Sequence record: MH517022.1
DNA from: Acinetobacter phage SH-Ab 15599
Length of the DNA stretch: 64,000 bases
Reading direction: 5' to 3' (one strand)
A program made the position numbers and the translations under genes. The notes below the pieces were generated by a model. It was not told the DNA's origin. It was given only the letters and a program-made list of their open reading frames with translations, and did no database searches. Shown here piece after piece: positions 9,931 to 19,531 of this stretch; position 1 is the first letter of the stretch, and the number at the start of each line of letters is the position of its first letter.

Positions 9931-9978
9931 TATAATTGTTTCCATTATTCCATCATATTACCCCGAACGAGGATTGAA

Positions 9979-12576
9979 ATGCAACTCCAACAAGTAGATG
10001 AAAGCGTTGAAGTAACAGGCGGCACAGCCATTAATATGACCATGAACGCAGAGTCTGGTATTGGTTTCCATCTTAACATTTCCAAGTTGTATACCAACAA
10101 GTATGAATCTGTAATTCGTGAAATCTGTTCTAATGCTAAAGACAGTCATGTTGAAGCTGGAAAGGGTCATGTTCCATTTGAAATTTTTCTGCCGTCTGAA
10201 CTATCTCCATATTTGATCATTAAAGATCAGGGTTTAGGTCTAAACAAAGAAGACGCAATCAAATACTTGTCTCAACTATACGCTTCATCAAAACAAGGTT
10301 CAAACGCGGCTTTGGGTGCATACGGTATTGGGGCGAAGTCTCCATTTGCCATCTCAGATTCATATAACATTACAACTGTGAAGGACGGAAAGAAATGTTC
10401 ATTCCAATTTTTCCGTTCTGGACGTAGTTTACCTCAATTGATGCTTTTAGAAGAGTGTGACACAGATGAACCTAACGGGGTTACATTCCGTATTCACGTG
10501 AAAGATTTCCAGCATCAAATCTATGAACGCGCTCTCAGAACGCAGATGTTCATGTTCACGCCAAAACCTATTATTGACGGACAAGCGTGGCCATATGATG
10601 AGCCTGTTCTTGAACGCGAGAAGTTCAATATCAAATTGTATTCTCGTTGTAACATTCAGCGAGACTTCTTTGGCCCTTATGTTCTTGAAATGGGTGGTGT
10701 AACATATCCGTTTGACCCGAGTCAGGTGGATTCATCTACTCGTGAAGTATTCAATGCGATCAAAGAAACAATTGCATCTGATGAGATTCTTGTCATCTCA
10801 GTACCGATTGGGGCTGTAGAGGTTCCAGGTGACCGCGAGCGCGTGGAGTACAGCGAATTCACTATTGAAAGTTTGAAAACGGAACTTCAAACAGTTGTAC
10901 AATCTTTTACCCAAGATGAAATTGAAGAATATATGAAAAACTTCAATGAAACTGAAGGTATGTTTGATACACTCAAAGTAATGAAAGACTTCAGTAACAA
11001 GATTGGTCGTTTGTCTTCATTTATTATTGGTTCTGAAAAACTTGAAGTATCTAAAACTTGGAATTTGTGCTCAAAGCCGTATCTAGCTAAAGAAGGAATG
11101 GTACAACCATCTCATACAGTTACAGCTAACAAATTCAAAGAACGTATTGACGATTGGTATTTGCCTGGCCCCATATATGTACGCAGTATCCCTCAAAAGA
11201 AAGCCATTCTTGCTGATGATAAAGAGACAATCCTTGGTTATGAGGATGAAATCAAATCTTTCAATGTAGAAAAATACAAGATTGGAGAGTTGCTACGAGC
11301 TTCATCTGGGGCTGTAATGTCAAAGTATTATGAAGTGGTTCATATCAACCAAAACTTCTTATACAGTCATAATATTCGCACTCACGATGCAGCAATTGTA
11401 TTTGTTGACACCGAATCTAAGCCTTGTGTGAAGACAACAGACGGTTGGTGGGCTGAAAATCCTCAATATAAAACGGTTATGATTATCAAAGATAATTCTA
11501 AAACCTATGACTTTGCTGATATCAAAGACATTCTTATGACCTTGGATCCAGGCATTGAGTCTCGCTTTCATATGTTATCTGATATGACATACACCAAAGC
11601 GAAGCCTCAGTCAATTGATGGAGTACCAGTTGAGCGTCTAGTGAATGCTGTAGGGTTCCGCGTAGTCAAGGGGCATCCAGTTGTTCACTCAAGAAGTGGA
11701 TACAAAGATGTGAAAGGTATGAGCAACGTTGTTCTTGAAGAGTTGAACAAATATCTGTTTGCTGAGCAGAAGGATGCATTCGCCGCGTATGCTTTCATTG
11801 ACGTTAACACTAACAAATTGTATTACGATCCAGAACATAAATTGTTAATAGACAATTGGGAAACTCATTTCTATTTGGATCTTCAAAAGACAGGTGAATA
11901 TTCAAAACACGCAAAATTATTGTTAATGTCCCCATCTATTGCTAAGAAACATCTTGAGCATATCAAAACATTGGGAACGCCGTCTTTGTATGATATCAAG
12001 ATCGGGGCTGAACGCTTACTTGTGCACAATATTAGACAACCACATAGAATGACTCTACTTCAGAATGTACTCAAGTACAATTACATTTGTAGAAGCCGCA
12101 GTGTTGCTAAAAAGTTTGATTTCTTAGCTGAGTGTATGTCTACCATATTAGGTCTGAACGACCCTCGTGATTATTCACATAGTTGTAAACTTGAGCCATA
12201 TACTTTGTTCAAACAAATATTTGAACGAGACAGTTGGTCTAGAGGTTTGATTAGCAACGCGAATGATGAGATGCGCGAAGATTGGTTCTGGATTCATATG
12301 ATCTTTTTATACGCCGATAAAAATCGTTTCAGTTATGCTTATCGTATGATAAATCATATGTTCTCTAACATTCAACGCGATTTGTTGAAAGAAGAGAATG
12401 AAGTTGATTTTAAAAATGCTGTAGAAAGCAGTAAGAAGAATCCGAGAGGGTTATATGATTTCTTTGTTAATCAAATGATTAACAAAATGGATAAGCATGA
12501 TAGAGCTAAGATTATGAAAGATTATTCAGCTTATCACGCCGACCAAGAAATTGATGATTTTGAATATGAAAATTAA
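9979..12576 (+). CDS. rIIA: rIIA membrane-associated protein with an N-terminal GHKL-type ATPase domain
   Basis: 865 aa. N-terminal GHKL/Bergerat-fold motifs (E..SNA.DS, DQGLGL, GAYGIGAKS). Immediately followed by rIIB. Confidence 0.7.
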   Translation: MQLQQVDESVEVTGGTAINMTMNAESGIGFHLNISKLYTNKYESVIREICSNAKDSHVEAGKGHVPFEIFLPSELSPYLIIKDQGLGLNKEDAIKYLSQLYASSKQGSNAALGAYGIGAKSPFAISDSYNITTVKDGKKCSFQFFRSGRSLPQLMLLEECDTDEPNGVTFRIHVKDFQHQIYERALRTQMFMFTPKPIIDGQAWPYDEPVLEREKFNIKLYSRCNIQRDFFGPYVLEMGGVTYPFDPSQVDSSTREVFNAIKETIASDEILVISVPIGAVEVPGDRERVEYSEFTIESLKTELQTVVQSFTQDEIEEYMKNFNETEGMFDTLKVMKDFSNKIGRLSSFIIGSEKLEVSKTWNLCSKPYLAKEGMVQPSHTVTANKFKERIDDWYLPGPIYVRSIPQKKAILADDKETILGYEDEIKSFNVEKYKIGELLRASSGAVMSKYYEVVHINQNFLYSHNIRTHDAAIVFVDTESKPCVKTTDGWWAENPQYKTVMIIKDNSKTYDFADIKDILMTLDPGIESRFHMLSDMTYTKAKPQSIDGVPVERLVNAVGFRVVKGHPVVHSRSGYKDVKGMSNVVLEELNKYLFAEQKDAFAAYAFIDVNTNKLYYDPEHKLLIDNWETHFYLDLQKTGEYSKHAKLLLMSPSIAKKHLEHIKTLGTPSLYDIKIGAERLLVHNIRQPHRMTLLQNVLKYNYICRSRSVAKKFDFLAECMSTILGLNDPRDYSHSCKLEPYTLFKQIFERDSWSRGLISNANDEMREDWFWIHMIFLYADKNRFSYAYRMINHMFSNIQRDLLKEENEVDFKNAVESSKKNPRGLYDFFVNQMINKMDKHDRAKIMKDYSAYHADQEIDDFEYEN

Positions 12577-12630
12577 TTGATTTTAACATCGCTTTTTATT
12601 TTAAGATAATATTGTTTTAACAACAAACGA

Positions 12631-12657
12631 GGGAACTGATTGGTTCCCTCCATTTTT
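12631..12657 (+). terminator. Terminator after rIIA
   Basis: GGGAAC-TGATTG-GTTCCC hairpin then TCCATTTTT. Confidence 0.5.
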
Positions 12658-12669
12658 AGGAGAGCTGTA

Positions 12670-13827
12670 ATGGCTTATACCGCTGCACAGAAGAAAGACT
12701 TTGTAACCAAAGCAAATCAACTGATTGAATCTGGTTCATCACTTAATGCTGCGTCTAAGGAATTGGGCGTATCTGCTAAAGCTTTGAAAGCTTGGATTGC
12801 AACTTCTGGAGTTGATACAGACTCTGACGTTGTTACAGAAGAGGCTCCGAAGACTACCAAGTCTCGCCGTAAGACAACAGCTGCGAAAACAAAGGCGACC
12901 AAAGCAACTAAGATTGTAAAAGCTGCCACCAAACGTTCTCGAAAACCTGTTGATTCGGAAGCATCAAAGGCTCGTTCTCTATCTCGAGCCAAAAAGAAAG
13001 AAGCGTATACAAAGGCTACTGAAGAACAATCTCAAGATGTTGCTTTTGAAGTTACATTGAAGGTTATCCGTATTACAGGTAATATCGTTGTAGCAATTAA
13101 TGGACAGTCTCACGAAGTCCGTTCTACTCATGAAAAGTACGCTGAAATTGACAAACTTCTGAACCTTTACGGAGACGGCTGTACCAAAGAACAAGCAGCT
13201 GCTTTAACCACTCTTATCGTTGGAGAGAAGGTGGAACGCATTGCTAAATGGACTAAGGGCAAACTGGTTATTGATAATGGTCAGGTACTTTGGGAAGGCA
13301 AACCAATTATTGGCGGTCTCAAAACAATCTTGATTCGTCACGCAGAAAGCGGAGATGAAGCTGCTCTCAGCGCCTTCTCCAACTTCATTGCTAAAGTACG
13401 TCAGTGCGTTTCATATAAGGTCAACCAACGCTTTTTTGAATTCATTTCAAAGAACAGCTTGAAAATTGACGCGGACGGTGATATCCTAGCGTTCAAAGTG
13501 GTGCGTGAAAATTACTTTGATAAGCATACTGGTACATTCAACAACTCAATTGGTACAACAGTTGAGATGCCGCGTAATGAAGTAGATGACCAAGATAGTA
13601 ATACTTGTTCAGCAGGTCTTCATATCTGTTCAGCTGATTATATTGGTTCATTCAGCAACAATGGCGACCGCGTTGTGGTTGTTAAAGTGAACCCTATGGA
13701 CATCGTATCTATCCCGACTGACTATAGCAGCTCTAAATGCCGTACATGCCGTTACACAGTCATCAAAGATGTAACTGCTGAATGGAAAGCTGGTACAATC
13801 AAAGAATATACAGAAAATCACAAGTAA
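12670..13827 (+). CDS. rIIB: rIIB protein
   Basis: C-terminal NYFD.H...F.NS.G..V.MPR..VDD.D...CS.GLH.CS..YI..F....DRVV.VKV.P.D.VSIP.DY...K.RTC.Y matches T4 rIIB closely. RBS AGGAGAGCTGTA-ATG. Confidence 0.9.
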   Translation: MAYTAAQKKDFVTKANQLIESGSSLNAASKELGVSAKALKAWIATSGVDTDSDVVTEEAPKTTKSRRKTTAAKTKATKATKIVKAATKRSRKPVDSEASKARSLSRAKKKEAYTKATEEQSQDVAFEVTLKVIRITGNIVVAINGQSHEVRSTHEKYAEIDKLLNLYGDGCTKEQAAALTTLIVGEKVERIAKWTKGKLVIDNGQVLWEGKPIIGGLKTILIRHAESGDEAALSAFSNFIAKVRQCVSYKVNQRFFEFISKNSLKIDADGDILAFKVVRENYFDKHTGTFNNSIGTTVEMPRNEVDDQDSNTCSAGLHICSADYIGSFSNNGDRVVVVKVNPMDIVSIPTDYSSSKCRTCRYTVIKDVTAEWKAGTIKEYTENHK

Positions 13828-13833
13828 CATTAC

Positions 13834-13853
13834 GGGGGAGAACTCTCTCCCCC
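13834..13853 (+). terminator. Strong GC hairpin after rIIB (weak T tract)
   Basis: GGGGGAGA-ACTC-TCTCCCCC. Confidence 0.3.
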
Positions 13854-13871
13854 TTCTCAAGGATAGACGAA

Positions 13872-14246
13872 ATGAGTATTCATTACATTGATCTTAAAGC
13901 TCGTATCGATAACAATTGCTATCATGCTGGAATGTTACAGAAAGAGATTTTGAACGTTATTGACCATTCGATTGTTCACATCGATTTGTCAAATATGACT
14001 GAATATCCACAATTGGACTTTTTTGAAGAGTCAATTGGCGGTCTCATCATTGAACACGGTATGCCTCTTGAGGTGTTACGCGGAAAGATACGTTTCAGAA
14101 CCAGTCAAGATCATATAGTTGTTATTGTACAATTATTGGAATCTTGCGAGAAGGAACGCGTGTCGAAGCAACGCACTAAAGAAATCGGAGCGTATATTCA
14201 AGATACAACTCGCGTAAGCAATGCCCCTATTCTGTCAGAGGGGTAA
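13872..14246 (+). CDS. Hypothetical protein
   Basis: AAGGA RBS before the ATG at 13872. 124 aa. Confidence 0.45.
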   Translation: MSIHYIDLKARIDNNCYHAGMLQKEILNVIDHSIVHIDLSNMTEYPQLDFFEESIGGLIIEHGMPLEVLRGKIRFRTSQDHIVVIVQLLESCEKERVSKQRTKEIGAYIQDTTRVSNAPILSEG

Positions 14247-14251
14247 ATGCT

Positions 14252-14644
14252 ATGAAGTTCTACGTTGGAACAACGAAAGTAGAACATGAAGAATTTGATT
14301 TTTCTCTTGCCACAGTGTTTAAGGAGAAAGATCGGGAAGGAATGTTACCATTATTTGAAGCTCTGATAGATGCTGAATATTGGACAGAAACAAGTCTGGT
14401 TGAGTTAACATCTCATATGGAATTGTACACTGGTATGACTCCATTTGATATCAAATATCTTAGTGGATTGTGCGAATATGTTGAGGAACATGATAACGGC
14501 GTGGAATATCTGTTCTTCAATATAATTGATATGCCAGTTCTAATGGTAACATTTGATAATTTTACGAGCCTGTTTATTGAATCTAAAAATGTAAACAGAT
14601 TTATAACCGCCCTTTCTGGGCAAAGAAGGAAGCGCAAACGCTGA
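14252..14644 (+). CDS. Hypothetical protein
   Basis: 130-aa ORF. Stop overlaps the next start (ATGA). Confidence 0.45.
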   Translation: MKFYVGTTKVEHEEFDFSLATVFKEKDREGMLPLFEALIDAEYWTETSLVELTSHMELYTGMTPFDIKYLSGLCEYVEEHDNGVEYLFFNIIDMPVLMVTFDNFTSLFIESKNVNRFITALSGQRRKRKR

Positions 14645-15444
14645 TGAACTTTTTAAGAAATTTTAACCCAATCAAAATTGGTGCATATGCCATCGTAGCA
14701 GTAATTGGTCTGGTAGTTCTACTGTCTTCATTTTATACAGTACCTACGGGCCATAAGGGGATTGTTTTACAGTTCAATGAAGTGAGTGATATTACGGATC
14801 CAGGGTTGAACTTTAAAATTCCATTTGTTCAAAGTGTTGTGAAGGTTGATACCCGTACAAATCGCACTGAAGAAGAAATCAGCGCAAACACTTCTGATAT
14901 GCAACGCGCAACTACCAGAATTGTAGTCAACTATCACTTGAACCCTCAAGCTGTGAAGAAGATTTATTCTGAAACGGGTCTTGATGTTGAAACTCGTATC
15001 ATTGCGCCGCGTATCTTAGATGTAACCAAGAACGCATTTACCAAATACAACTCTCAACAATTGGCAAACGGTCGTGATGCTCTACGTCAAATCATTATTG
15101 AGCGCCTACGCCCTAATCTGTTGAAGTATGGTATCATTGTTGAAGACGTTCAGTTGACCGACATCACATTCTCAGACAAGTTCTACGAAGCAATTGAAGC
15201 TAAGCAAATTGCTGAACAGTCTGCTCTGAAAGCTGAAAATGACTTGAAGCGAATCAAGGTGGAAGGCGAACAACGAGTGGTATCTGCTAAGGCTGAAGCC
15301 GAGTCTATCAAAATTCAGGCTGAAGCTATCAAAGCCAACGGCGGCGAAGAATATGTTCGTTTGACTGCTATCAAGAAGTGGGATGGACGTTTGCCAACAA
15401 CTATGGTTCCAGGAACTGCAACTCCTATGGTTCACTTGAAATAA
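14644..15444 (+). CDS. SPFH/band-7 (prohibitin-like) membrane protein
   Basis: 266 aa. N-terminal TM helix, PHB-domain core (GLNFKIPF..V.KVD.R) and a C-terminal A/E-rich coiled coil (EAIEAKQIAEQ...KAEAE). Confidence 0.75.
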   Translation: MNFLRNFNPIKIGAYAIVAVIGLVVLLSSFYTVPTGHKGIVLQFNEVSDITDPGLNFKIPFVQSVVKVDTRTNRTEEEISANTSDMQRATTRIVVNYHLNPQAVKKIYSETGLDVETRIIAPRILDVTKNAFTKYNSQQLANGRDALRQIIIERLRPNLLKYGIIVEDVQLTDITFSDKFYEAIEAKQIAEQSALKAENDLKRIKVEGEQRVVSAKAEAESIKIQAEAIKANGGEEYVRLTAIKKWDGRLPTTMVPGTATPMVHLK

Positions 15445-15455
15445 GGTAGTAGACA

Positions 15456-15878
15456 ATGAAAGCATATGTAGCATTACCTGTAATTGTTCAAGCGGAACTT
15501 TGTACACTTGGACAATACAATGATTTACGCGGTTGGACAATGCCGGAAGGTGAAGACCGTACTGCCGAAGGTTATATGGTTGTAGATGCATCACAACCTT
15601 CAAATACTGACTTACATGTTGGTCATGTGACTTGGGTTCCAGCTGATAAGTTTGAAGCGAGTAATCTTATTCTTGATGCTCCAAGTGGTTTACCTCCTCA
15701 TTTGTTACGCGTTGTTGGTGAAGCGGCTATTCTTGAACTCAATCGAGATAAGTTACACAACTTCTTATCTGATGAAACCAAGTTTAAATTAGTTCCAGAA
15801 CCGCAAATCACTCTTATGCGTCAACAGAGTCATCTCCAATACCGTTTGTTGGACGTTCTGAAAGAACGTTTGAAATAA
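15456..15878 (+). CDS. Hypothetical protein
   Basis: 140-aa ORF followed by a terminator. Confidence 0.45.
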   Translation: MKAYVALPVIVQAELCTLGQYNDLRGWTMPEGEDRTAEGYMVVDASQPSNTDLHVGHVTWVPADKFEASNLILDAPSGLPPHLLRVVGEAAILELNRDKLHNFLSDETKFKLVPEPQITLMRQQSHLQYRLLDVLKERLK

Positions 15879-15896
15879 AATATAATGGTAAACATG

Positions 15897-15924
15897 AGCC
15901 TCCTTCGGGAGGCTTTCTTGTGTT
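15897..15924 (+). terminator. Rho-independent terminator
   Basis: AGCCTCC-TTCG-GGAGGCT then TTCTTGTGTT. Nearly identical to the terminator at 23473. Confidence 0.6.
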
Positions 15925-15954
15925 AATAATTCAGATAAACATTCGGACAGTAAG

Positions 15955-16146
15955 ATGACTATATTTGTAATGATGATTACATTCGCCTTGACTTTGGTAA
16001 CAATGATTGAGAAAACAGACATTCCAAAGTTTGCAGCTGTTATCATTGCAGCCATCTTCTCAGTCTGTGCAGCTATCATATTGAATTTTATAAATCTTAG
16101 TGTTTTATTTTATGATATCTTCAGCATTTTGGAGACGCACAAATGA
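15955..16146 (+). CDS. Small two-TM membrane protein
   Basis: 63 aa, highly hydrophobic. Stop overlaps the next start. Confidence 0.35.
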   Translation: MTIFVMMITFALTLVTMIEKTDIPKFAAVIIAAIFSVCAAIILNFINLSVLFYDIFSILETHK

Positions 16147-16598
16147 CAGAACCAACCAAACAAGATATTGTTAAAGCACACCCTAATTTTCAACAAGAAC
16201 GAGTAAAACTGGGCAAAGTGATTATAGACACTTGCGAAGGGGAACATATCTATAATCATTTGTACATTAAATTGGGATTAGAAAAAGTTGAAGTTTCATT
16301 AAACCCTACTGATCCAAGAGTGCAAGACCGTCTTAAAACTGCATCATTGTTAGCCAGTACTTGTGCAGATGTAAAGACTTCAGCTCTCTTGACAATACGA
16401 GAGATGGCTAATCACTTGCCTATTGATATGGATTTGATAGATGATGTCTATTTTACTGCATTTGAACAACAGAAGTGCATTTGCTTGGTATTAGACAGAG
16501 GGATAGCTCTGATTGATACAGTTCTATCCCTAGATATGCTTACGCGCCATTTGTATGAGAAATTAATGTCTGAATTATCTCTCTTCGTGAAACCTTAG
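16143..16598 (+). CDS. Hypothetical protein
   Basis: 151-aa ORF. Confidence 0.4.
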   Translation: MTEPTKQDIVKAHPNFQQERVKLGKVIIDTCEGEHIYNHLYIKLGLEKVEVSLNPTDPRVQDRLKTASLLASTCADVKTSALLTIREMANHLPIDMDLIDDVYFTAFEQQKCICLVLDRGIALIDTVLSLDMLTRHLYEKLMSELSLFVKP

Positions 16599-16866
16599 CT
16601 TCAAGAATCTTTTGATAAGCCTCTTCATCAACTTTCAAAATTTCTTCTAATTCAACAAGAAAATCTGCCACGAGAGCTATTCCACTAGGAGTTGTTCTCG
16701 TTACGCGTTCTCCTACTTTCAGACCAACGTACATTCCATTATAACTAACAATGGTTCCTACGCTTCCGTACAGCTTATCGCCTTGGGTTGATACCAAAAC
16801 GCCTATACGCCCGACCTTTATGTTCTTATCAATCATGATAAACTCCAAAGTTGATTTTAAGGTCAA
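16540..16866 (-). CDS. Hypothetical protein, convergent to neighbours
   Basis: 108-aa minus-strand ORF in a region with no + ORF (16599-16921). Its 3' end overlaps the previous gene by 59 nt. Confidence 0.35.
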   Translation of the reverse strand: MTLKSTLEFIMIDKNIKVGRIGVLVSTQGDKLYGSVGTIVSYNGMYVGLKVGERVTRTTPSGIALVADFLVELEEILKVDEEAYQKILEAKVSRREIIQTLISHTNGA

Positions 16867-16921
16867 CAGATTTACTCTATTATAATTTACTCATTATTTC
16901 TAGACTACAAATAGGTGTGTA

Positions 16922-17494
16922 ATGGAAAAGTCTTATGAACAAGTGTTGAAGGTCATTGAGGCTGCTACTATCAGCGATATGACTATGGTCAATGCTGGGC
17001 TTATGGGGTTAAATTCAACTCAATTGACGATGGGCACTGTTAATCTCATTGAAGCGAAATACGATATTGACAACGGTCTATTTGAGACGCATGGCAAAGA
17101 TATAACAATGGTTTTGTTACAGGGAGAAGCTGAGATTCAATATGCTATCCCAAGTTTCAAATCTGAAGAAAGTAATGTAATTTACGCCAAAGCATGGAAG
17201 TCTAAATCGGAACCTAACAAATTAACGTATAAAACAGATAACCCTCTTTCATGCGATGAGTATAAGATTGAAAAATACGAACTTCAAACCGCTCAATGGG
17301 CTGTGATTCATAATGAAGTATTTCGTCGTTTGATTATCAAACGCGGTTCAAAATTAGTTGTATTTGAAGGGGAATACTCTAATCGAGATTTCACTTACGC
17401 TTTGTTCCAAGTGGCTGACAACGGGAAAGCTTACAACCCATTAGATGTAACAAACTTTTATGAACATAAAACAGAACCAAAATTCAAGGAGTAA
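16922..17494 (+). CDS. Hypothetical protein
   Basis: 190-aa ORF. Confidence 0.4.
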   Translation: MEKSYEQVLKVIEAATISDMTMVNAGLMGLNSTQLTMGTVNLIEAKYDIDNGLFETHGKDITMVLLQGEAEIQYAIPSFKSEESNVIYAKAWKSKSEPNKLTYKTDNPLSCDEYKIEKYELQTAQWAVIHNEVFRRLIIKRGSKLVVFEGEYSNRDFTYALFQVADNGKAYNPLDVTNFYEHKTEPKFKE

Positions 17495-17497
17495 CAA

Positions 17498-18175
17498 ATG
17501 AAGATTTTAGGTGCACTTGACGTAATGAAGAATGCAACAGCTAATGAGACATTCTTGTTGAATTTCGGAGCTGTTGGTTTAGACAAATGTTTAAAAAACA
17601 AGGGAGAAACATTCTTCCTTGAAGCAAAGTATGAAACAGAACTTCCAAACCCAATCAGTTACAGTTGTAACTTGATTATGTTTGTTATGTCTGGTTCTAT
17701 TATTATGCACAAGTATAACTCAATAGACGCTCTACAATTTGATGACACTAGTGATAAGAACGTCAGATTCATTGAAGAACCTGTGAACCCAGATATGTCT
17801 CCTAAACGAGATTTGGCTGTCTTGAACGCGCCGTCACATTGGGAAATTTCTGAATCTGAAGTTTGGGAAGTTGGTTCTTGGCATTTCTTAAACAAATTTG
17901 ATTTCCACTCTTTCCGTATGTCAAAGGGTACGAAAATTCTTTGTATTACAGATGATTTCAATATCGTTCCAACTGATGCTCTTTTCAAAGTTGGACGCGG
18001 CGGCGAACCTATCATTCCAAATGATAAATCTTTCTTGAATAAGCATTTTGCGCCCCCGCAACAACCTAGAGCTAACTTCACAGTTGATAAGACCTCAAAG
18101 CATTCTGAAGATGCAGCTCTTTTTTCTTCGGATTCATCACTTCCTAAAGCGGGCAGCGCCCCAACGAAGAAATAA
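17498..18175 (+). CDS. Hypothetical protein
   Basis: 225 aa. Weak motif resemblance to the preceding ORF (EAKY..hx...). Low-complexity S/P-rich tail. Confidence 0.4.
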   Translation: MKILGALDVMKNATANETFLLNFGAVGLDKCLKNKGETFFLEAKYETELPNPISYSCNLIMFVMSGSIIMHKYNSIDALQFDDTSDKNVRFIEEPVNPDMSPKRDLAVLNAPSHWEISESEVWEVGSWHFLNKFDFHSFRMSKGTKILCITDDFNIVPTDALFKVGRGGEPIIPNDKSFLNKHFAPPQQPRANFTVDKTSKHSEDAALFSSDSSLPKAGSAPTKK

Positions 18176-18346
18176 GGAGGAGAAACTTGAATAGCGTTCA
18201 ATTTACGGCGGTGCTTTTGATAGTATCCACAATATTTTTAACAAGCGACTATGCTCCTAATACATTATCCAAGTTGGGATTCGGCGTTTGTTTTGTATGT
18301 TTCTTCATTGCTTATAAGTTGCAAAAAAGAAACCAACAGTGAGTTT

Positions 18347-18604
18347 ATGTTTATGTTAGAACTATCAAATGAAGATATAAAGTTAGTGGAACAGGCTGGG
18401 TTTGAAGTTAGAATTGCAGCTGAACTCAATTACTATGAAGGTGGTATTGAAACTTTACCCAGATTGAACAGCGCCAGAGTTGAAGTGTTTATTAGATCAG
18501 CTCAATCTAACGGGGTTACTGGTACTATTCATCCAGTTGATATTGTAATCCCTACAGATAAGATTGTTGCTCTAATACGTTTGGCCAGAGGTCAACCAGT
18601 ATAA
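18347..18604 (+). CDS. Hypothetical small protein (start uncertain)
   Basis: ORF 18251-18604. The internal Met at 18347 gives 85 aa. Confidence 0.3.
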   Translation: MFMLELSNEDIKLVEQAGFEVRIAAELNYYEGGIETLPRLNSARVEVFIRSAQSNGVTGTIHPVDIVIPTDKIVALIRLARGQPV

Positions 18605-18617
18605 CCTTCAAATTCAA

Positions 18618-18650
18618 GAATGACTCCTTTATGGGGTCATTTTTATTTCT
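18618..18650 (+). terminator. Rho-independent terminator
   Basis: TGACTCC-TTTA-TGGGGTCA then TTTTTATTTCTT. Confidence 0.5.
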
Positions 18651-18699
18651 TAAAATAAATTAAAAATATTTATTTGATTTTAAGGGTTATTTTCGTTAA

Positions 18700-18710
18700 T
18701 GCTATATAAT
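18700..18710 (+). promoter_or_regulatory. Extended -10 promoter-like element upstream of the tRNA island
   Basis: TGcTATATAAT about 35 nt upstream of tRNA-Arg. Confidence 0.3.
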
Positions 18711-18745
18711 AGCTCTCATGAAACAAGTATGAAGATATTTGTAAT

Positions 18746-18822
18746 GCGCTTGTAGCTCAGTTGGATAGAGCATCCGCCTTCTAAGCGGATGGTCACAGGT
18801 TCGAGTCCTGTCAGGCGCGCCA
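18746..18822 (+). tRNA. tRNA-Arg (anticodon TCT)
   Basis: Cloverleaf by eye: acceptor GCGCTTG/CAGGCGC, D-arm GCTC-AGTTGGATA-GAGC, anticodon stem TCCGC/GCGGA with loop CTTCTAA, T-arm ACAGG-TTCGAGT-CCTGT. CCA is encoded. Confidence 0.85.
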
Positions 18823-18840
18823 ATTTATGAGGTTGTTGTC

Positions 18841-19293
18841 GTGGTTAAGATTACTAACAATGTTGTTATTGACAGTAATGGTTGTTGGATTTGGAACAAA
18901 TCCTTTTCTAGTAACGGATATGGTCAGTTGACTGTAGATAAGCGTTACTGGTTGGCTCACCGTTACTCTTACACGATGTCTAAGGGAGAGATTCCAGCCG
19001 ACAACGTCGTAAGACACAAGTGTCATAACAAGAAGTGTTGTAATCCAGAACACCTTGAAGTTGGTACTCAAGCTGAGAACTGGCAAGACTCTAAAGAAGT
19101 TCATTTGAACAATGCCAAGAACAGACGCAAGCAATGGTCTATCAATGGTAAGTCTTTTGATACTCTTATGGAGGCTCAACGTTCTTCAGGTGTACCAGCT
19201 AAGACAATAGCAAAATATACCGTAAGAGGCGTATTTGATTTAGAGCGTTACAGACAAAGTTGCGCTAGAATAAAACGCGAACCAAAGATTTGA
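18841..19293 (+). CDS. HNH homing endonuclease (HNH_3/AP2-associated type)
   Basis: 150 aa with a GTG start. GCWIWNKSFSSNGYGQLTV, WLAHRYSY and HKCHNKKCCNPEHLEVGTQAEN are the HNH_3 signature. Confidence 0.8.
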   Translation: MVKITNNVVIDSNGCWIWNKSFSSNGYGQLTVDKRYWLAHRYSYTMSKGEIPADNVVRHKCHNKKCCNPEHLEVGTQAENWQDSKEVHLNNAKNRRKQWSINGKSFDTLMEAQRSSGVPAKTIAKYTVRGVFDLERYRQSCARIKREPKI

Positions 19294-19531
19294 TTCGCAC
19301 GGTGAGTGAACTTGTAAACGGTTGAAGCCCCAGATGTGCGGTGGATACGTGAGCTGAAATTGTCTTGAGTAAGCTCTGAGGGACTAGACAAACCTCTCAG
19401 TCAGAAGTTCATTCAACCATGCGAAAGCAATAGACAGAGAACCGATTTGTTCCTTCTCTGGTGCGCGATTAGCATTGACGCGGTGGATGTCTATAAAGCC
19501 ACATCACTTTCTTATGTATGTAAGAGGTGAT

